Of a DNA stretch of 64,000 nt, positions 17,614 through 27,617 are shown piece by piece (the stretch's first letter is position 1; each line of letters begins with the position of its first letter). The notes below the pieces were generated by a model that had not been told where the DNA came from, did no database searches, and was given only the letters and a program-made list of their open reading frames with translations. The translations under genes were made by a program, and so were the position numbers. The DNA comes from an uncultured SAR86 cluster bacterium (GTDB lineage: Bacteria; Pseudomonadota; Gammaproteobacteria; Magnimaribacterales; AG-339-G14), in NCBI GenBank assembly GCA_902625415.1, contig CACOBG010000005.1, positions 43,002 through 107,001 of the forward strand, read 5' to 3'.

Positions 17614-18012
17614 ATGTCTGAAAACATCGAATCATTGCTTTTAAACCAAAGATATTGGGACATATTTGCTGTTGCCAGGAACTCCTCTATCGATGAAGCT
17701 TGCAGAATAATGGATAAAAACAGAATTGGAGCTTTATTAGTTTATTGTTCCGATACAAATGACCCTCAAGACCTTGAGGGTATCATTACTGAAAGAGATG
17801 TAATCGAGCTTATTTCCAGAAAAGGAAAAGAAGCCTTAAATAACGAGGTCAAAGAAATAATGTCTAAAAACATTGTTAGCGTTACGCCACAATGTACAAA
17901 ACTCGATGCTCTAGATCTGATGATGGAAAACCAAATTCGCCATCTTGCCGTGATGGACAAAGAAAAACTTGTTGGAGTTCTTTCCATGCGAGACTTAATC
18001 AAGCAACTTTAA
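17614..18012 (+). CDS. CBS-pair domain protein
   Basis: 132 aa containing two CBS motifs (IGALLVY...GIITERDV; IRHLAVMDKEKLVGVLSMRDL). Confidence 0.85.
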   Translation: MSENIESLLLNQRYWDIFAVARNSSIDEACRIMDKNRIGALLVYCSDTNDPQDLEGIITERDVIELISRKGKEALNNEVKEIMSKNIVSVTPQCTKLDALDLMMENQIRHLAVMDKEKLVGVLSMRDLIKQL

Positions 18013-19567
18013 GTTCTTTTTTTGAAATTATTGAAGAGGATCCTCTTCTAACTTTATTTGGAAAATCTATGTTGTAGTGCAAACCTCTGCTTTCTTTTCT
18101 CAAAATAGCACTTTCAATAATCAACCTCGCAACAAGAACCAAATTTCTCAACTCAATGAAATCTGAATTCAACTCAAAGTTTTTGTAAAAACTCTCTACT
18201 TCATTTTGAATGATTTTTATTTTTTCTTTAGCTTTTAACAATCGATCATTTGATCTAACCACGCCAACATAGTCCCACATCAATCTTCTGGTTTCATCCC
18301 AATTATGAGAGATAAGAACGTTCTCTCCTGATCTAATAACTTTAGAGGAATCCCACTCCTTAAGTTTTTTATTATTCAGACTAAAATTTTCTACAATGTG
18401 TAGAGCTGCAGACTTTGCGAATACAACACATTCTAATAGAGAGTTGCTTGCCATTCTGTTGGCACCATGCAGTCCAGTACACGCTGTTTCTCCAATAGCA
18501 TAGAGATTCTTTATATTTGTCTCACCTGACAAGCCCGTCTTAACACCGCCACATGAGTAGTGAGCTGCGGGAACAATGGGTATTTTGTCTTTTGTGATAT
18601 CAAATCCATAACTCAAACATTTTTTATGAATTGCAGGAAATGATTTTAAAATCATATTTTTTGGTTTATGGCTAATGTCCAGAAACATAAAGTCTTTACC
18701 TGTTTTTTTCATTTCTTCGTCTATGGATCTAGCTACAACATCTCGTGGAGCTAACTCATTTTTTTTATGATACTTTTTCATGAATCTTTCGTCTTCATGA
18801 TTTAGTAAATAAGCTCCTTCGCCTCTTAGAGCTTCACTAATTAAGAAAGATTTTGCTTTTGGGTGATAAAGACAAGTTGGGTGAAACTGGTTAAATTCCA
18901 TATTGGATAATTCGCAGCCTGCTCGCCAAGCCAGCGCCATACCATCGCCACTAGTTCCATCTGGATTACTAGTATATAAATAAACTTTACTCGCTCCTCC
19001 AGATGCCAGAATTGTTACATTTGATTTAAAAGTTATGACTTTTTCTTTTTTCTTATCGAATACGTAAGCCCCCAGACATGAGCTATTGCTTGTTATCAAA
19101 TCAACTGCAAGATGGTTTTCGTAAATTGTTATGTTTTTTATTTTTCTTGCTCTAGCTATTAAAGAATTTGATACTTCTTTGCCAGTGGTATCCTTTGAAT
19201 GCGCAACGCGCCTTTTTGAATGACCACCTTCTTGCGTAAGATGTAATTTTTCTCCATCTTGCGTCATTGTAAAGTTAACTCCCATCTCAATAAGCCAATC
19301 AATTGCTGATTTACTATTTTTTACGCAGTGGGCAACAGCATCTTTGTCACAAATCCCATCTCCAACTTCCAAGGTATCAGCAATATGCTCTTCGACCGTA
19401 TCTTTTTCTCCCATAACTGCAGCTATTCCACCTTGAGCATACCAAGTAGAGCTGTCTACAATAGTTTCTTTAGAAATAACAGATACCCTATGCTTATGAC
19501 TGAGCTCAATTGCTGCAGTTAACCCGGCAGCACCACCCCCAATTATTAAAATTTCGGTATCAATCAT
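17999..19567 (-). CDS. nadB: L-aspartate oxidase
   Basis: ILIIGGGAAGLTAA FAD fold plus succinate-dehydrogenase-flavoprotein-like motifs (HYSCGGV, GLHGANRMASNSLLE); length 522 aa. Confidence 0.95.
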   Translation of the reverse strand: MIDTEILIIGGGAAGLTAAIELSHKHRVSVISKETIVDSSTWYAQGGIAAVMGEKDTVEEHIADTLEVGDGICDKDAVAHCVKNSKSAIDWLIEMGVNFTMTQDGEKLHLTQEGGHSKRRVAHSKDTTGKEVSNSLIARARKIKNITIYENHLAVDLITSNSSCLGAYVFDKKKEKVITFKSNVTILASGGASKVYLYTSNPDGTSGDGMALAWRAGCELSNMEFNQFHPTCLYHPKAKSFLISEALRGEGAYLLNHEDERFMKKYHKKNELAPRDVVARSIDEEMKKTGKDFMFLDISHKPKNMILKSFPAIHKKCLSYGFDITKDKIPIVPAAHYSCGGVKTGLSGETNIKNLYAIGETACTGLHGANRMASNSLLECVVFAKSAALHIVENFSLNNKKLKEWDSSKVIRSGENVLISHNWDETRRLMWDYVGVVRSNDRLLKAKEKIKIIQNEVESFYKNFELNSDFIELRNLVLVARLIIESAILRKESRGLHYNIDFPNKVRRGSSSIISKKELKVA

Positions 19568-19577
19568 TAAAACTATT

Positions 19578-19811
19578 CTAGGCGAAAGTTCTGATCAAAA
19601 ACGCTATACCTATCGCCAAAAAAAGAATAAGCAGAAAGTATTTCAGAAAATCATATCTTCTGTTGGACCAATCGATCCGATCTCCTCTATTTAGTTGTTT
19701 TTCTGATGCTCTAAAGCGACCAAAAAAAAAGAATACTGCAAGGGAGACAACTGTGAGGAGTAAAAAAAAGATATTTGTCAGTGACACGCTATCTGCTTCT
19801 AAGCTTTGCAA
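19578..19811 (-). CDS. hypothetical small two-helix membrane protein
   Basis: 77 aa: two hydrophobic helices separated by a basic loop. It fills an otherwise 221-nt gap in a very compact genome and overlaps the upstream gene's 3' end by 23 nt. Confidence 0.4.
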   Translation of the reverse strand: MQSLEADSVSLTNIFFLLLTVVSLAVFFFFGRFRASEKQLNRGDRIDWSNRRYDFLKYFLLILFLAIGIAFLIRTFA

Positions 19812-20547
19812 GCAGTCTAAGCATTTCCAAGTAAAGCCAAATCAGGGTGACCATTAAGGCAAATGCACCGAACCACTCCATATATTTTGGAGCGTTTTTC
19901 TCAGATCCTTCCTCAATGAAGTCAAAGTCTAGAACCAAATTCAAAGCCGCAATGCCCACAACAAAAAGGCTAAATCCAATACCAAAAATACCATTGTCAT
20001 GAATAAAACCGATACCTGTTCCAAACATACTCATAATGAAGCTAACCACATAGAGCAATGCAATCCCCATAGTGGCTGATACCACCATTAGTCTGAAATT
20101 TTCTGTAGGCTTAATTACCCCTGTTTTATAAAGTACCAATAAAGAAGCCAAAGTCCCAAAAGTCAATCCAGTTGCTTGAATCACAATTCCTGGATATTGG
20201 CTTTCAAAAATGGCAGAAATTCCACCTAAAAAGAGACCTTCTAATATGGCATAAACGGGCGCAGTGTACATCGCCCAGTTTTTTTTGAAGATGGTAATAA
20301 GAGCAAAAATCATACCCCCAAAAAGTCCAATTGGCATCAATGCTCCAGGACTGCCGGTGACAAAATAAACATTCCAAGTGTAAGCGGCACTTAACACTAC
20401 AAGAGCTAAAAGAATACCAACCTTATTTACAGTTCCCTGTAAAGTCATGGTTTTTTGATCTGCGTTTTCAAAATCAGCAAAAGTCGCATCACTCAATGTA
20501 GGATTCCCAGATCTGCCGAACATGTCCAAAGCTTTATGTTTACTCAT
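19789..20547 (-). CDS. Bax inhibitor-1/YccA-family membrane protein
   Basis: 252 aa with 7 predicted TM helices and an N-terminal GRSGNPTL region typical of the BaxI_1 group. Confidence 0.7.
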   Translation of the reverse strand: MSKHKALDMFGRSGNPTLSDATFADFENADQKTMTLQGTVNKVGILLALVVLSAAYTWNVYFVTGSPGALMPIGLFGGMIFALITIFKKNWAMYTAPVYAILEGLFLGGISAIFESQYPGIVIQATGLTFGTLASLLVLYKTGVIKPTENFRLMVVSATMGIALLYVVSFIMSMFGTGIGFIHDNGIFGIGFSLFVVGIAALNLVLDFDFIEEGSEKNAPKYMEWFGAFALMVTLIWLYLEMLRLLAKLRSR

Positions 20548-20637
20548 GAGTTAATTTTAACTTGAAATATAAAAAATTGAATAGCCTAACTTTCCGAGAT
20601 AGTTTTTTATTTTTTGATTACAATCTAAAAAAGAATT

Positions 20638-20964
20638 ATGGTTTTACCTTACACCTTTCTCTTTTTAGCAATCGTCTTAGAAGTTGTTGGCACTCTTTTT
20701 TTAAGAGATACAGAAGGCTTCACAAAAATGATCCCTAACCTTGTTGTCGTCTTTAGCTATGCTGCAAGTTTCTATTTTTTATCTTTAACTTTTCAACATA
20801 TATCGGTTTCAGTTGCATATGCAATTTGGTCTGGAGTAGGAATTGTCTTAATAGCAATTTTGGGAGCAATCAAATATCAAGAGTTTCCGTCTTTGCTTGT
20901 TTCTTTTGGAATCCTTTTAATCGTAACTGGCGTTATTTTAGTTTTAGCTAATACCGTAAATTAA
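20638..20964 (+). CDS. SMR-family small multidrug/quaternary-cation efflux protein
   Basis: 108 aa, 4 TM helices, conserved membrane Glu in LAIVLEVVGTLFL. Confidence 0.85.
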   Translation: MVLPYTFLFLAIVLEVVGTLFLRDTEGFTKMIPNLVVVFSYAASFYFLSLTFQHISVSVAYAIWSGVGIVLIAILGAIKYQEFPSLLVSFGILLIVTGVILVLANTVN

Positions 20965-21545
20965 GGTATCAACCAGTTCTTTTTTATATCATTATTAAGC
21001 CATTCAAAAATTGCTCTTCTATGACCTGCTCTTTTTAAATATAAGATTTCTAGGCTTTGAAAGGTAAAAAGATTTACTGCAAAATTTTCATAACCCATTT
21101 CCCTATCAATTTGGGTTTTATCAATATCGAACTCAATAGGATTGTCTATCTTTTTGCTGGGAGAGTCTTTTACTGAGTAACATTCTTTGGACATTTCTCT
21201 AGTATTTTCCCATGCCTTTTCAGTAACGGAATCTTGATGATGAACTTCAATAATTCCTTTTAATCTAATCTGAATTTTTTCCTCTTGATCATAAGCATGA
21301 ACCGTAGCACTGTTATTTTCTTTAATTTGGGAAATTTTTGGCGACCTTTGATCGGTATGAAACCTTAAAACTCTTTCTTGTTCGTTAAAATCCCTGAGTA
21401 CAACAGTTCTTGCTGATATATCTTGACCTTCAAAAGTACAAACTGTTGGCGTATGAAAGTAACTTTTAGCATCATCAACTCCGTTAGATATAGTCAAAAA
21501 AGCTTTTTCAAGCATTGTATCCAAAGAATTTTCAAAATCTTTCAT
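20961..21545 (-). CDS. pyridoxamine 5'-phosphate oxidase-like FMN-binding family protein
   Basis: Length and split-barrel-like pattern (RTVVLRDF...LRFHTDQRSPK...IRLKG). Confidence 0.65.
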   Translation of the reverse strand: MKDFENSLDTMLEKAFLTISNGVDDAKSYFHTPTVCTFEGQDISARTVVLRDFNEQERVLRFHTDQRSPKISQIKENNSATVHAYDQEEKIQIRLKGIIEVHHQDSVTEKAWENTREMSKECYSVKDSPSKKIDNPIEFDIDKTQIDREMGYENFAVNLFTFQSLEILYLKRAGHRRAIFEWLNNDIKKNWLIP

Positions 21546-21592
21546 AAATGTTATTAATATAAAGAATCTACTTTAGCTTAAAATAATAATAT

Positions 21593-23758
21593 ATGGATGT
21601 ATCTTATATTTTGGATGATCTAAATTCTCCTCAGAGAGAAGCCGTATCAGACGAGTCTCAATTCTCTTTGATTCTAGCAGGAGCTGGTTCAGGAAAAACC
21701 CGAGTTATCACGCATAAGGTTGCTTGGTTGTGTAAGGTTCACAACGTAAATCCCATGTCTTTATTAACTGTTACCTTCACCAATAAAGCAGCAAAAGAAA
21801 TGAGAGGCCGAATAGAAAACATTCTTGGCGAACAACTTAATCAGATGTGGTGTGGCACTTTTCATTCTTTATTTCATCGGATGTTAAGAAGACATTGGGA
21901 AGAAGCTGGCTTACCAAAAAGCTTTTCTATTTTAGATTCGGAAGATCAGAATAGAGTGATAAAGAGAGTCATAAAATCTCTAGAATTAGATGATGCAACC
22001 TGGCAGCCCTCCCAAGCACAATGGTTTATTAATAATCAAAAAGAAGAAGGCAGAAGAAAAGCAAAAATAAAGTCCAGTGCTTCTTTTGTTGAAGAAAAAA
22101 TGGCCGACATCATGAACGAGTACCAAAAAGTTTGTGACCAAGAAGGACTAGTCGATTTTGCTGAAATTCTCTTGCGGTCTTTTGAATTGCTATCCAATAA
22201 TAAAGCAATTTTAGAGCACTATCAGAATAGGTTTGAACATATTTTGGTTGATGAATTTCAAGATACTAATGAAATTCAATATCTTTTATTAAAAAAACTC
22301 TTAGGTAAAAAAAGTTTTATGACAGTTGTTGGAGATGATGATCAATCAATTTACAGCTGGAGAGGGGCAAAAAGCGCAAACATCAAAAGGTTTCAAAAAG
22401 ATTTTAAGAAAGTGAAAACTATTAAGCTTGAGCAAAACTATAGATCCACAAAAAATATTCTTTCCTCTGCTAATGCAGTTATTGCAAATAATCCCGAAAG
22501 ATTAGGCAAAAAACTTTGGTCGGAGAACAAAGAAGGCGAGCCTTTAAAAATTTACCGCGCATTCAACGAAAGAGATGAGGCTAGTTTTATTGTCGATATT
22601 ATAAAAAACTGGATCGACGAGGGAAGGTCTCTTAATGATGTAGCAATTTTGTACAGATCAAATGCCCAATCCCGTGTTTTGGAAGATAGTATTTTGCGGG
22701 CTGAGTTGCCTTATAGAATTTATGGCGGCGTAAGGTTCTATGAAAGAATGGAGATTAAAAATGCACTGAGTTACTCAAAATTACTCGTAGATTTTGATAA
22801 TGACGCAGCTTTTGAACGAATAGTAAATGTACCTACAAGAGGCATTGGTGCAAAAACCTTAGATGGCGTGCGGGAGCATGCCAGAGATGAAAACATATCT
22901 TTATGGAAAGCAGCAGAATCTATTTCTAAAGATAATTTAAAGAAATCTTCCAGAGCCTTATCTCATTTCATTGAAACAGTTTCTCAGCTAAAAACTGATA
23001 CTGAACACAAAGGTCTTGGAGAAATTTTTGATGAAATTATCAATAAAACTGGTTTGAAAGATTTTCACGCAAAAGAACCTGGTGAGAAAGGCAGATCAAG
23101 AAAAGAGAATTTAGAGGAACTTGTTTCTGCTGCTTCTGGTTTCAATCCTATAGGCGAAGATGCTGATGATGATAGAAACGAATTGGAGATATTTCTCGAT
23201 CAGGCTTCTTTAGATGCTGGCGAAAATCAGGCAGATATTGATGAAGATGCAATACAAATGATGACTCTTCATTCAGCGAAGGGTTTAGAATTCCCTCTTG
23301 TTTTTATGGCTGGATGCGAAGAAGGCCTATTCCCTCACAAAAGATCTTTAGAAGACCCAAGGCAGTTGGCAGAAGAAAGAAGGCTCTGTTACGTTGGTAT
23401 CACCAGGGCAATGGAAAGACTCTATTTAACATACGCAGAAGTAAGAAATATGTATGGCATGGAAAGTTTCAGTCCGATATCTAGATTTTTAAAAGAAATT
23501 CCTGATGAGTTGAAGTATGAGATAAGAATGTCTTCAGAAACGCCAAGTTCAAAAGGGTTTGTCCCCAAAATTGTTGGCGGCACTGAGTTTAAAGGCGAAG
23601 AGTTTTCTTTGGGCGACCTGGTAACGCATGATGTTTTTGGTGAAGGAACTATTCTTAACTATGAAGGAGAGGGAGCCAATGCTAGAGTTGAAGTTAATTT
23701 CACTAAAGAAGGAATAAAATGGCTGGTTTTAAGTTTTGCAAATTTAAAAAAGGTTTAG
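21593..23758 (+). CDS. uvrD: DNA helicase II
   Basis: MDVSYILDDLNSPQREAV..LAGAGSGKTRV..TFTNKAAKEM is near-collinear with E. coli UvrD; 721 aa. Confidence 0.95.
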   Translation: MDVSYILDDLNSPQREAVSDESQFSLILAGAGSGKTRVITHKVAWLCKVHNVNPMSLLTVTFTNKAAKEMRGRIENILGEQLNQMWCGTFHSLFHRMLRRHWEEAGLPKSFSILDSEDQNRVIKRVIKSLELDDATWQPSQAQWFINNQKEEGRRKAKIKSSASFVEEKMADIMNEYQKVCDQEGLVDFAEILLRSFELLSNNKAILEHYQNRFEHILVDEFQDTNEIQYLLLKKLLGKKSFMTVVGDDDQSIYSWRGAKSANIKRFQKDFKKVKTIKLEQNYRSTKNILSSANAVIANNPERLGKKLWSENKEGEPLKIYRAFNERDEASFIVDIIKNWIDEGRSLNDVAILYRSNAQSRVLEDSILRAELPYRIYGGVRFYERMEIKNALSYSKLLVDFDNDAAFERIVNVPTRGIGAKTLDGVREHARDENISLWKAAESISKDNLKKSSRALSHFIETVSQLKTDTEHKGLGEIFDEIINKTGLKDFHAKEPGEKGRSRKENLEELVSAASGFNPIGEDADDDRNELEIFLDQASLDAGENQADIDEDAIQMMTLHSAKGLEFPLVFMAGCEEGLFPHKRSLEDPRQLAEERRLCYVGITRAMERLYLTYAEVRNMYGMESFSPISRFLKEIPDELKYEIRMSSETPSSKGFVPKIVGGTEFKGEEFSLGDLVTHDVFGEGTILNYEGEGANARVEVNFTKEGIKWLVLSFANLKKV

Positions 23759-24828
23759 TTTTAATTTTCGTATTAACTTTCTTCATTGCATGTGAACAGG
23801 AAGAAGCAAATACTGAGTTTAAAGCATCCGAAAAGACATTCACTTGGCGAATGGTAACCACTTGGCCAAAAAATTATCCTGGCGTAGGCTTAGCAGCTGA
23901 AAATATTTCAAAATTAGTCAATAAAATGTCAGCAGGCAGGCTGCAAATAAAAGTTTATGGCAGTGGGGAGCTCGTTCCTGCTTTAGAGGTTTTTGATGCT
24001 GTTTCAAGAGGCACGGTTGAGATGGGTCATGGAGCATCTTATTACTGGATTGGCAAAGCTCCTACGGCACAATTTTTTACTGCTTTACCATTTGGCTTAA
24101 ACGCTCAAGAGATGAATGCTTGGCTTCATTATGGAGGTGGTTTAGAACTTTGGGAGGAAGCTTATGATAAATTCAATTTGATTCCTCTGGCAGGCGGCAA
24201 CACCGGCGTGCAAATGGCAGGCTGGTTTAATAAAGAAATAAATTCACTAGAGGATATAAAAGGAACCAGAATGAGAATTCCAGGTCTGGCTGGAAAAGTT
24301 TGGACAAAAGCTGGTGGGGAAGCAGTTTTAATGCCAGGAAGCGAAATCTTCACGAATCTCCAAACAGGAGTTATAGATGCTGCAGAATGGATTGGGCCAT
24401 ATAATGATCAGACCTTTGGATTACACCAAGCAGCAAAATATTATTACTATCCAGGCTGGCATGAACCCGGTCCCACTTTAGAAGTAATTATCAACAAAGA
24501 AGCTTTTGCTTCTTTGCCCTCTGATCTGCAAGAAATAGTTAGGACTGCAAGCAGGGCAGTGAACCAAGATATGTTGGATGAATACACTGCAAGGAACAAT
24601 CAAGCTTTGGAAACATTGGTCAATACACACGGAGTGATACTGAAAAGACTTCCTGACGATGTGTTGAAAAGATTTAAAGAAATTACTTCAGAACTTTTAG
24701 GAGAGTTGATTGCTGAGGACTCGTTATCTAAAAGGATATTTGAGTCTCAAGAAAACTTCAAAAAGAATGTTTCTGAATATCACAAAATTTCAGAAAAAGC
24801 AGTTTATGAAATGAGGGAAATAAACTAA
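23719..24828 (+). CDS. dctP: TRAP transporter solute-binding subunit (DctP-type, lipoprotein-like signal)
   Basis: TTWPKNYPGVGLAAE and EMGHGASYYWIGKAP are typical of the TRAP periplasmic component. The N-terminus ends in a possible lipobox, FFIAC. Confidence 0.8.
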   Translation: MAGFKFCKFKKGLVLIFVLTFFIACEQEEANTEFKASEKTFTWRMVTTWPKNYPGVGLAAENISKLVNKMSAGRLQIKVYGSGELVPALEVFDAVSRGTVEMGHGASYYWIGKAPTAQFFTALPFGLNAQEMNAWLHYGGGLELWEEAYDKFNLIPLAGGNTGVQMAGWFNKEINSLEDIKGTRMRIPGLAGKVWTKAGGEAVLMPGSEIFTNLQTGVIDAAEWIGPYNDQTFGLHQAAKYYYYPGWHEPGPTLEVIINKEAFASLPSDLQEIVRTASRAVNQDMLDEYTARNNQALETLVNTHGVILKRLPDDVLKRFKEITSELLGELIAEDSLSKRIFESQENFKKNVSEYHKISEKAVYEMREIN

Positions 24829-25112
24829 CTATATTTTCTTACCAACCAAATACCTATTGAGGTTGAAATAAAATATCTAATAAAGAAAAGTAGTGCTGCC
24901 GGCCAGGTATAAATAATTCCCAACCACCAGTCAAAAAATCCTCCCCATGCTTTAATCCAATTAAATAAATACAAGGCTATCTGTAGATACTCAAAAAAAT
25001 ACATCTCAACAGTTATTGGACTTACAAATAAAGAATGAACAAAAAATATAACTAACAAAAAATCTCCCCAGATGAAGAAATACCCCAAGTTGACTAAATG
25101 TTTATTGTTCAT
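24825..25112 (-). CDS. hypothetical small membrane protein
   Basis: 95 aa, three Trp/Phe-rich hydrophobic helices. No family recognised. Confidence 0.4.
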   Translation of the reverse strand: MNNKHLVNLGYFFIWGDFLLVIFFVHSLFVSPITVEMYFFEYLQIALYLFNWIKAWGGFFDWWLGIIYTWPAALLFFIRYFISTSIGIWLVRKYS

Positions 25113-25147
25113 AAATTTATTTAATTAGATCTTTTTTAACATATAAA

Positions 25148-25747
25148 ATGTTTTCCTTGAACAAATACAAAATATTTATCCCTGAGCACTTGCGCGCACA
25201 TAGACCAAAGCCTATCAGATGGATTGGTCAATTTTTAATGAAAATAACAGGCTGGAAAACTATTGGCAACTTTCCTGCAGATCAGCGCGTGGTAATAGTT
25301 GCTGGACCACATACTTCAAATTGGGATTTTGTTCTTGCTATGTCACTTATTTTAAGTCTTGATGTCAACATTCACTGGATAGGTAAACATTCAATTTTCA
25401 AAAAAGGTTTTCGTAGGTTGCTTCGAAAAATGGGCGGCATTCCTGTCAATAGAGCAAACCCAGAAACATTAAAAAGTGAAATTCATTATATTACCGAGAA
25501 GTTCAAAGGCTTTATTATTGCCATATCTCCGGAAGGTACTAGAAAAAAAGTAGATAGACTCAAATCCGGCTTTTTAAGAATTGCTAATGAAACAAACAGC
25601 AAAATTATGATGGTTGGAGTTGATTTCTCTAAAAAAACTATTGAGCTGGGAGATTTCTATAGCCCTTCCGGGGATGTAGAGAAAGATCTTAAATTCATTA
25701 AGGAGTATTTTGCCAACTTTACCGGGAAGCATTCAAAACTAAAATAG
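25148..25747 (+). CDS. PlsC-family acyltransferase
   Basis: H(X)4D motif GPHTSNWDF and the downstream SPEGTR motif. Confidence 0.75.
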   Translation: MFSLNKYKIFIPEHLRAHRPKPIRWIGQFLMKITGWKTIGNFPADQRVVIVAGPHTSNWDFVLAMSLILSLDVNIHWIGKHSIFKKGFRRLLRKMGGIPVNRANPETLKSEIHYITEKFKGFIIAISPEGTRKKVDRLKSGFLRIANETNSKIMMVGVDFSKKTIELGDFYSPSGDVEKDLKFIKEYFANFTGKHSKLK

Positions 25748-25834
25748 TATCCATTACAGAATTTTATTGCCGCTTGATAGGCATTTCGCTTAAAAAATAT
25801 TTATCTGATATATTAAAAAAAAGGGAGGGGTTTC

Positions 25835-26236
25835 ATGAATCAAATAGCACTATTAACACCAGTTTTCGTCTTAATTCTTTGGACTTTTACAATTTTCTTG
25901 ATTATGTCTTATGGCAGAACAAGATTTATGAAAGATCCACAAGATGCAGCTCATACAAAAGACTTAAAAGGAATTTTACCTGCCTGGGTGGAAAGAACTG
26001 GTGATAACTATAATCATCTTTTTGAACAACCAGTCGCATTTTATGCTGTTACTTTAGCCATAGCTTTAATCAATAGCGTTGATCCTTTAATGATGCAGTT
26101 AGCTTGGGCATTTGTGATTTTAAGAATTATTCATTCTTTGATTCAGCTTACATTCAACTTAGTATTAGTAAGATTTATGATCTTTCTTATTGGCTGGTTG
26201 ATAATTGCCTATATGGCAATCTCTCAATTGATTTAA
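25835..26236 (+). CDS. MAPEG-family membrane protein (second copy)
   Basis: 133 aa, about 4 TM helices, NYNHLFEQPVAFY motif. Strong GGGAGGGG ribosome-binding site upstream. Confidence 0.65.
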   Translation: MNQIALLTPVFVLILWTFTIFLIMSYGRTRFMKDPQDAAHTKDLKGILPAWVERTGDNYNHLFEQPVAFYAVTLAIALINSVDPLMMQLAWAFVILRIIHSLIQLTFNLVLVRFMIFLIGWLIIAYMAISQLI

Positions 26237-26261
26237 TTTTCTTTTTTAAAGAATTAAATAT

Positions 26262-27617
26262 CTACAAATAATTAGGTAAAAAACTAACAATTGAAGGGAA
26301 AATAGCTAATAAAACTAAAAGACTCAGCTGAATTGCTATAAATGGAATCACTCCTTTGTATAAAGAAATTGTCTTGATGTTTTCTGGCGCGACCCCTCTT
26401 AAATAAAATAAAGCAAAACCAAATGGCGGGGTTAAGAAAGAAGTTTGTAAATTGATTGCAATCATAATACCAAGCCAAATTGGATCTGCCCCCATTGCCA
26501 TCAATACTGGCCCTACAATTGGTACTATAACAAAACTTATTTCGATGAAATCCAGGATAAAACCCAACAGAAAGATTAAAACCATAACTAAAACCATAGA
26601 ACCGAAAAGGCCTCCTGGAATAGAGTTAAATATTTGCTCGATGAGTTCTTCTCCTCCCAAGCCTCTAAAAACCAAAGAAAAAACAGAAGCACCAATTAAA
26701 ATGATAAAGACCATAGAAGTTATGGCGGCTGATTGTTTTACAGTTTCAGTTAAAGTTTGAAAATTTAATTTATTATTTAGTATTGCAATCAGAATTGCTC
26801 CCAAAGCACCTAAACCGGAAGCCTCTGTAGGAGAAGCAATTCCAAAAATAATGCTGCCCAAAACAGTTATGATCAAAATAAAAGGCGGGGCAATGATTTT
26901 TAATAAATCAAAAGCTTTGATTGAGCTTTGTCTATCATTTGAGATAAGTTCTAAGTTTCTCGATTTGAAAAGAAAATAAATTGAATAAAAACACAGCAAC
27001 ATTAATCCGGGAACAATAGCTGCTAAGAATAGATCTCCCACCGAAATTGTTTTGGCTGTAAAAATACCCTGACTAAGTTGCGATTGTTGATAAGCCGAAG
27101 ACAACACATCTCCTAAAATAACCAAGGCAATAGAAGGAGGGATGATTTGTCCCAAAGTACCGGTAGCAGAAATTAAGCCAGTAGAAAGATCGTGTGGATA
27201 TCCTTGTTTTAAAAATGCGGGTAAAGAAATCAAACCCATCGCAATAACTGTAGCTCCAACAATACCTGTACTAGCTGCAAGTAAAGCTCCAACAAAAATT
27301 ACCGAAAGACCTAGCCCGCCTCTAAAGCCAGAAAAAAAGTCAGACATTTTAAGCAGAAGTTCTTCTGCAACTTTCGATTTTTCCAACAATACCCCCATAA
27401 AAATAAACAAAGGAACTGCTATCAAAGTAGAATTTGTCATCACGCCGAAAATCCTATTTGGTAGAGTTTCTAAAAGAAACAAATCAAAAACACCTAAAAA
27501 ACTTGTTATCAAAGCAAAAATTATTGAAACCCCAGCCAAAGTAAAAGCAACAGGGAAACCAAAAAGTAAAAAGATACAAACTAAGGCAAAAAGGATTAGT
27601 GGCAGAAAATCAATCAT
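26262..27617 (-). CDS. dctM: TRAP transporter large permease subunit
   Basis: 451 aa, highly polytopic with DctM-like composition. Overlaps the small subunit gene by 8 nt. Confidence 0.9.
   Translation of the reverse strand: MIDFLPLILFALVCIFLLFGFPVAFTLAGVSIIFALITSFLGVFDLFLLETLPNRIFGVMTNSTLIAVPLFIFMGVLLEKSKVAEELLLKMSDFFSGFRGGLGLSVIFVGALLAASTGIVGATVIAMGLISLPAFLKQGYPHDLSTGLISATGTLGQIIPPSIALVILGDVLSSAYQQSQLSQGIFTAKTISVGDLFLAAIVPGLMLLCFYSIYFLFKSRNLELISNDRQSSIKAFDLLKIIAPPFILIITVLGSIIFGIASPTEASGLGALGAILIAILNNKLNFQTLTETVKQSAAITSMVFIILIGASVFSLVFRGLGGEELIEQIFNSIPGGLFGSMVLVMVLIFLLGFILDFIEISFVIVPIVGPVLMAMGADPIWLGIMIAINLQTSFLTPPFGFALFYLRGVAPENIKTISLYKGVIPFIAIQLSLLVLLAIFPSIVSFLPNYL

Noticed and set aside
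20548-20637. Possible guanidine (mini-ykkC / ykkC) riboswitch upstream of the SMR efflux gene
   Set aside because: There are no paired hairpins with ACGR loops or other recognisable riboswitch cores in the 90-nt spacer.
25774-26004. 76-aa ORF overlapping the second MAPEG gene
   Set aside because: It is out of frame with a better-supported MAPEG ORF that has a strong GGGAGGGG ribosome-binding site, and its translation has no membrane or domain features.
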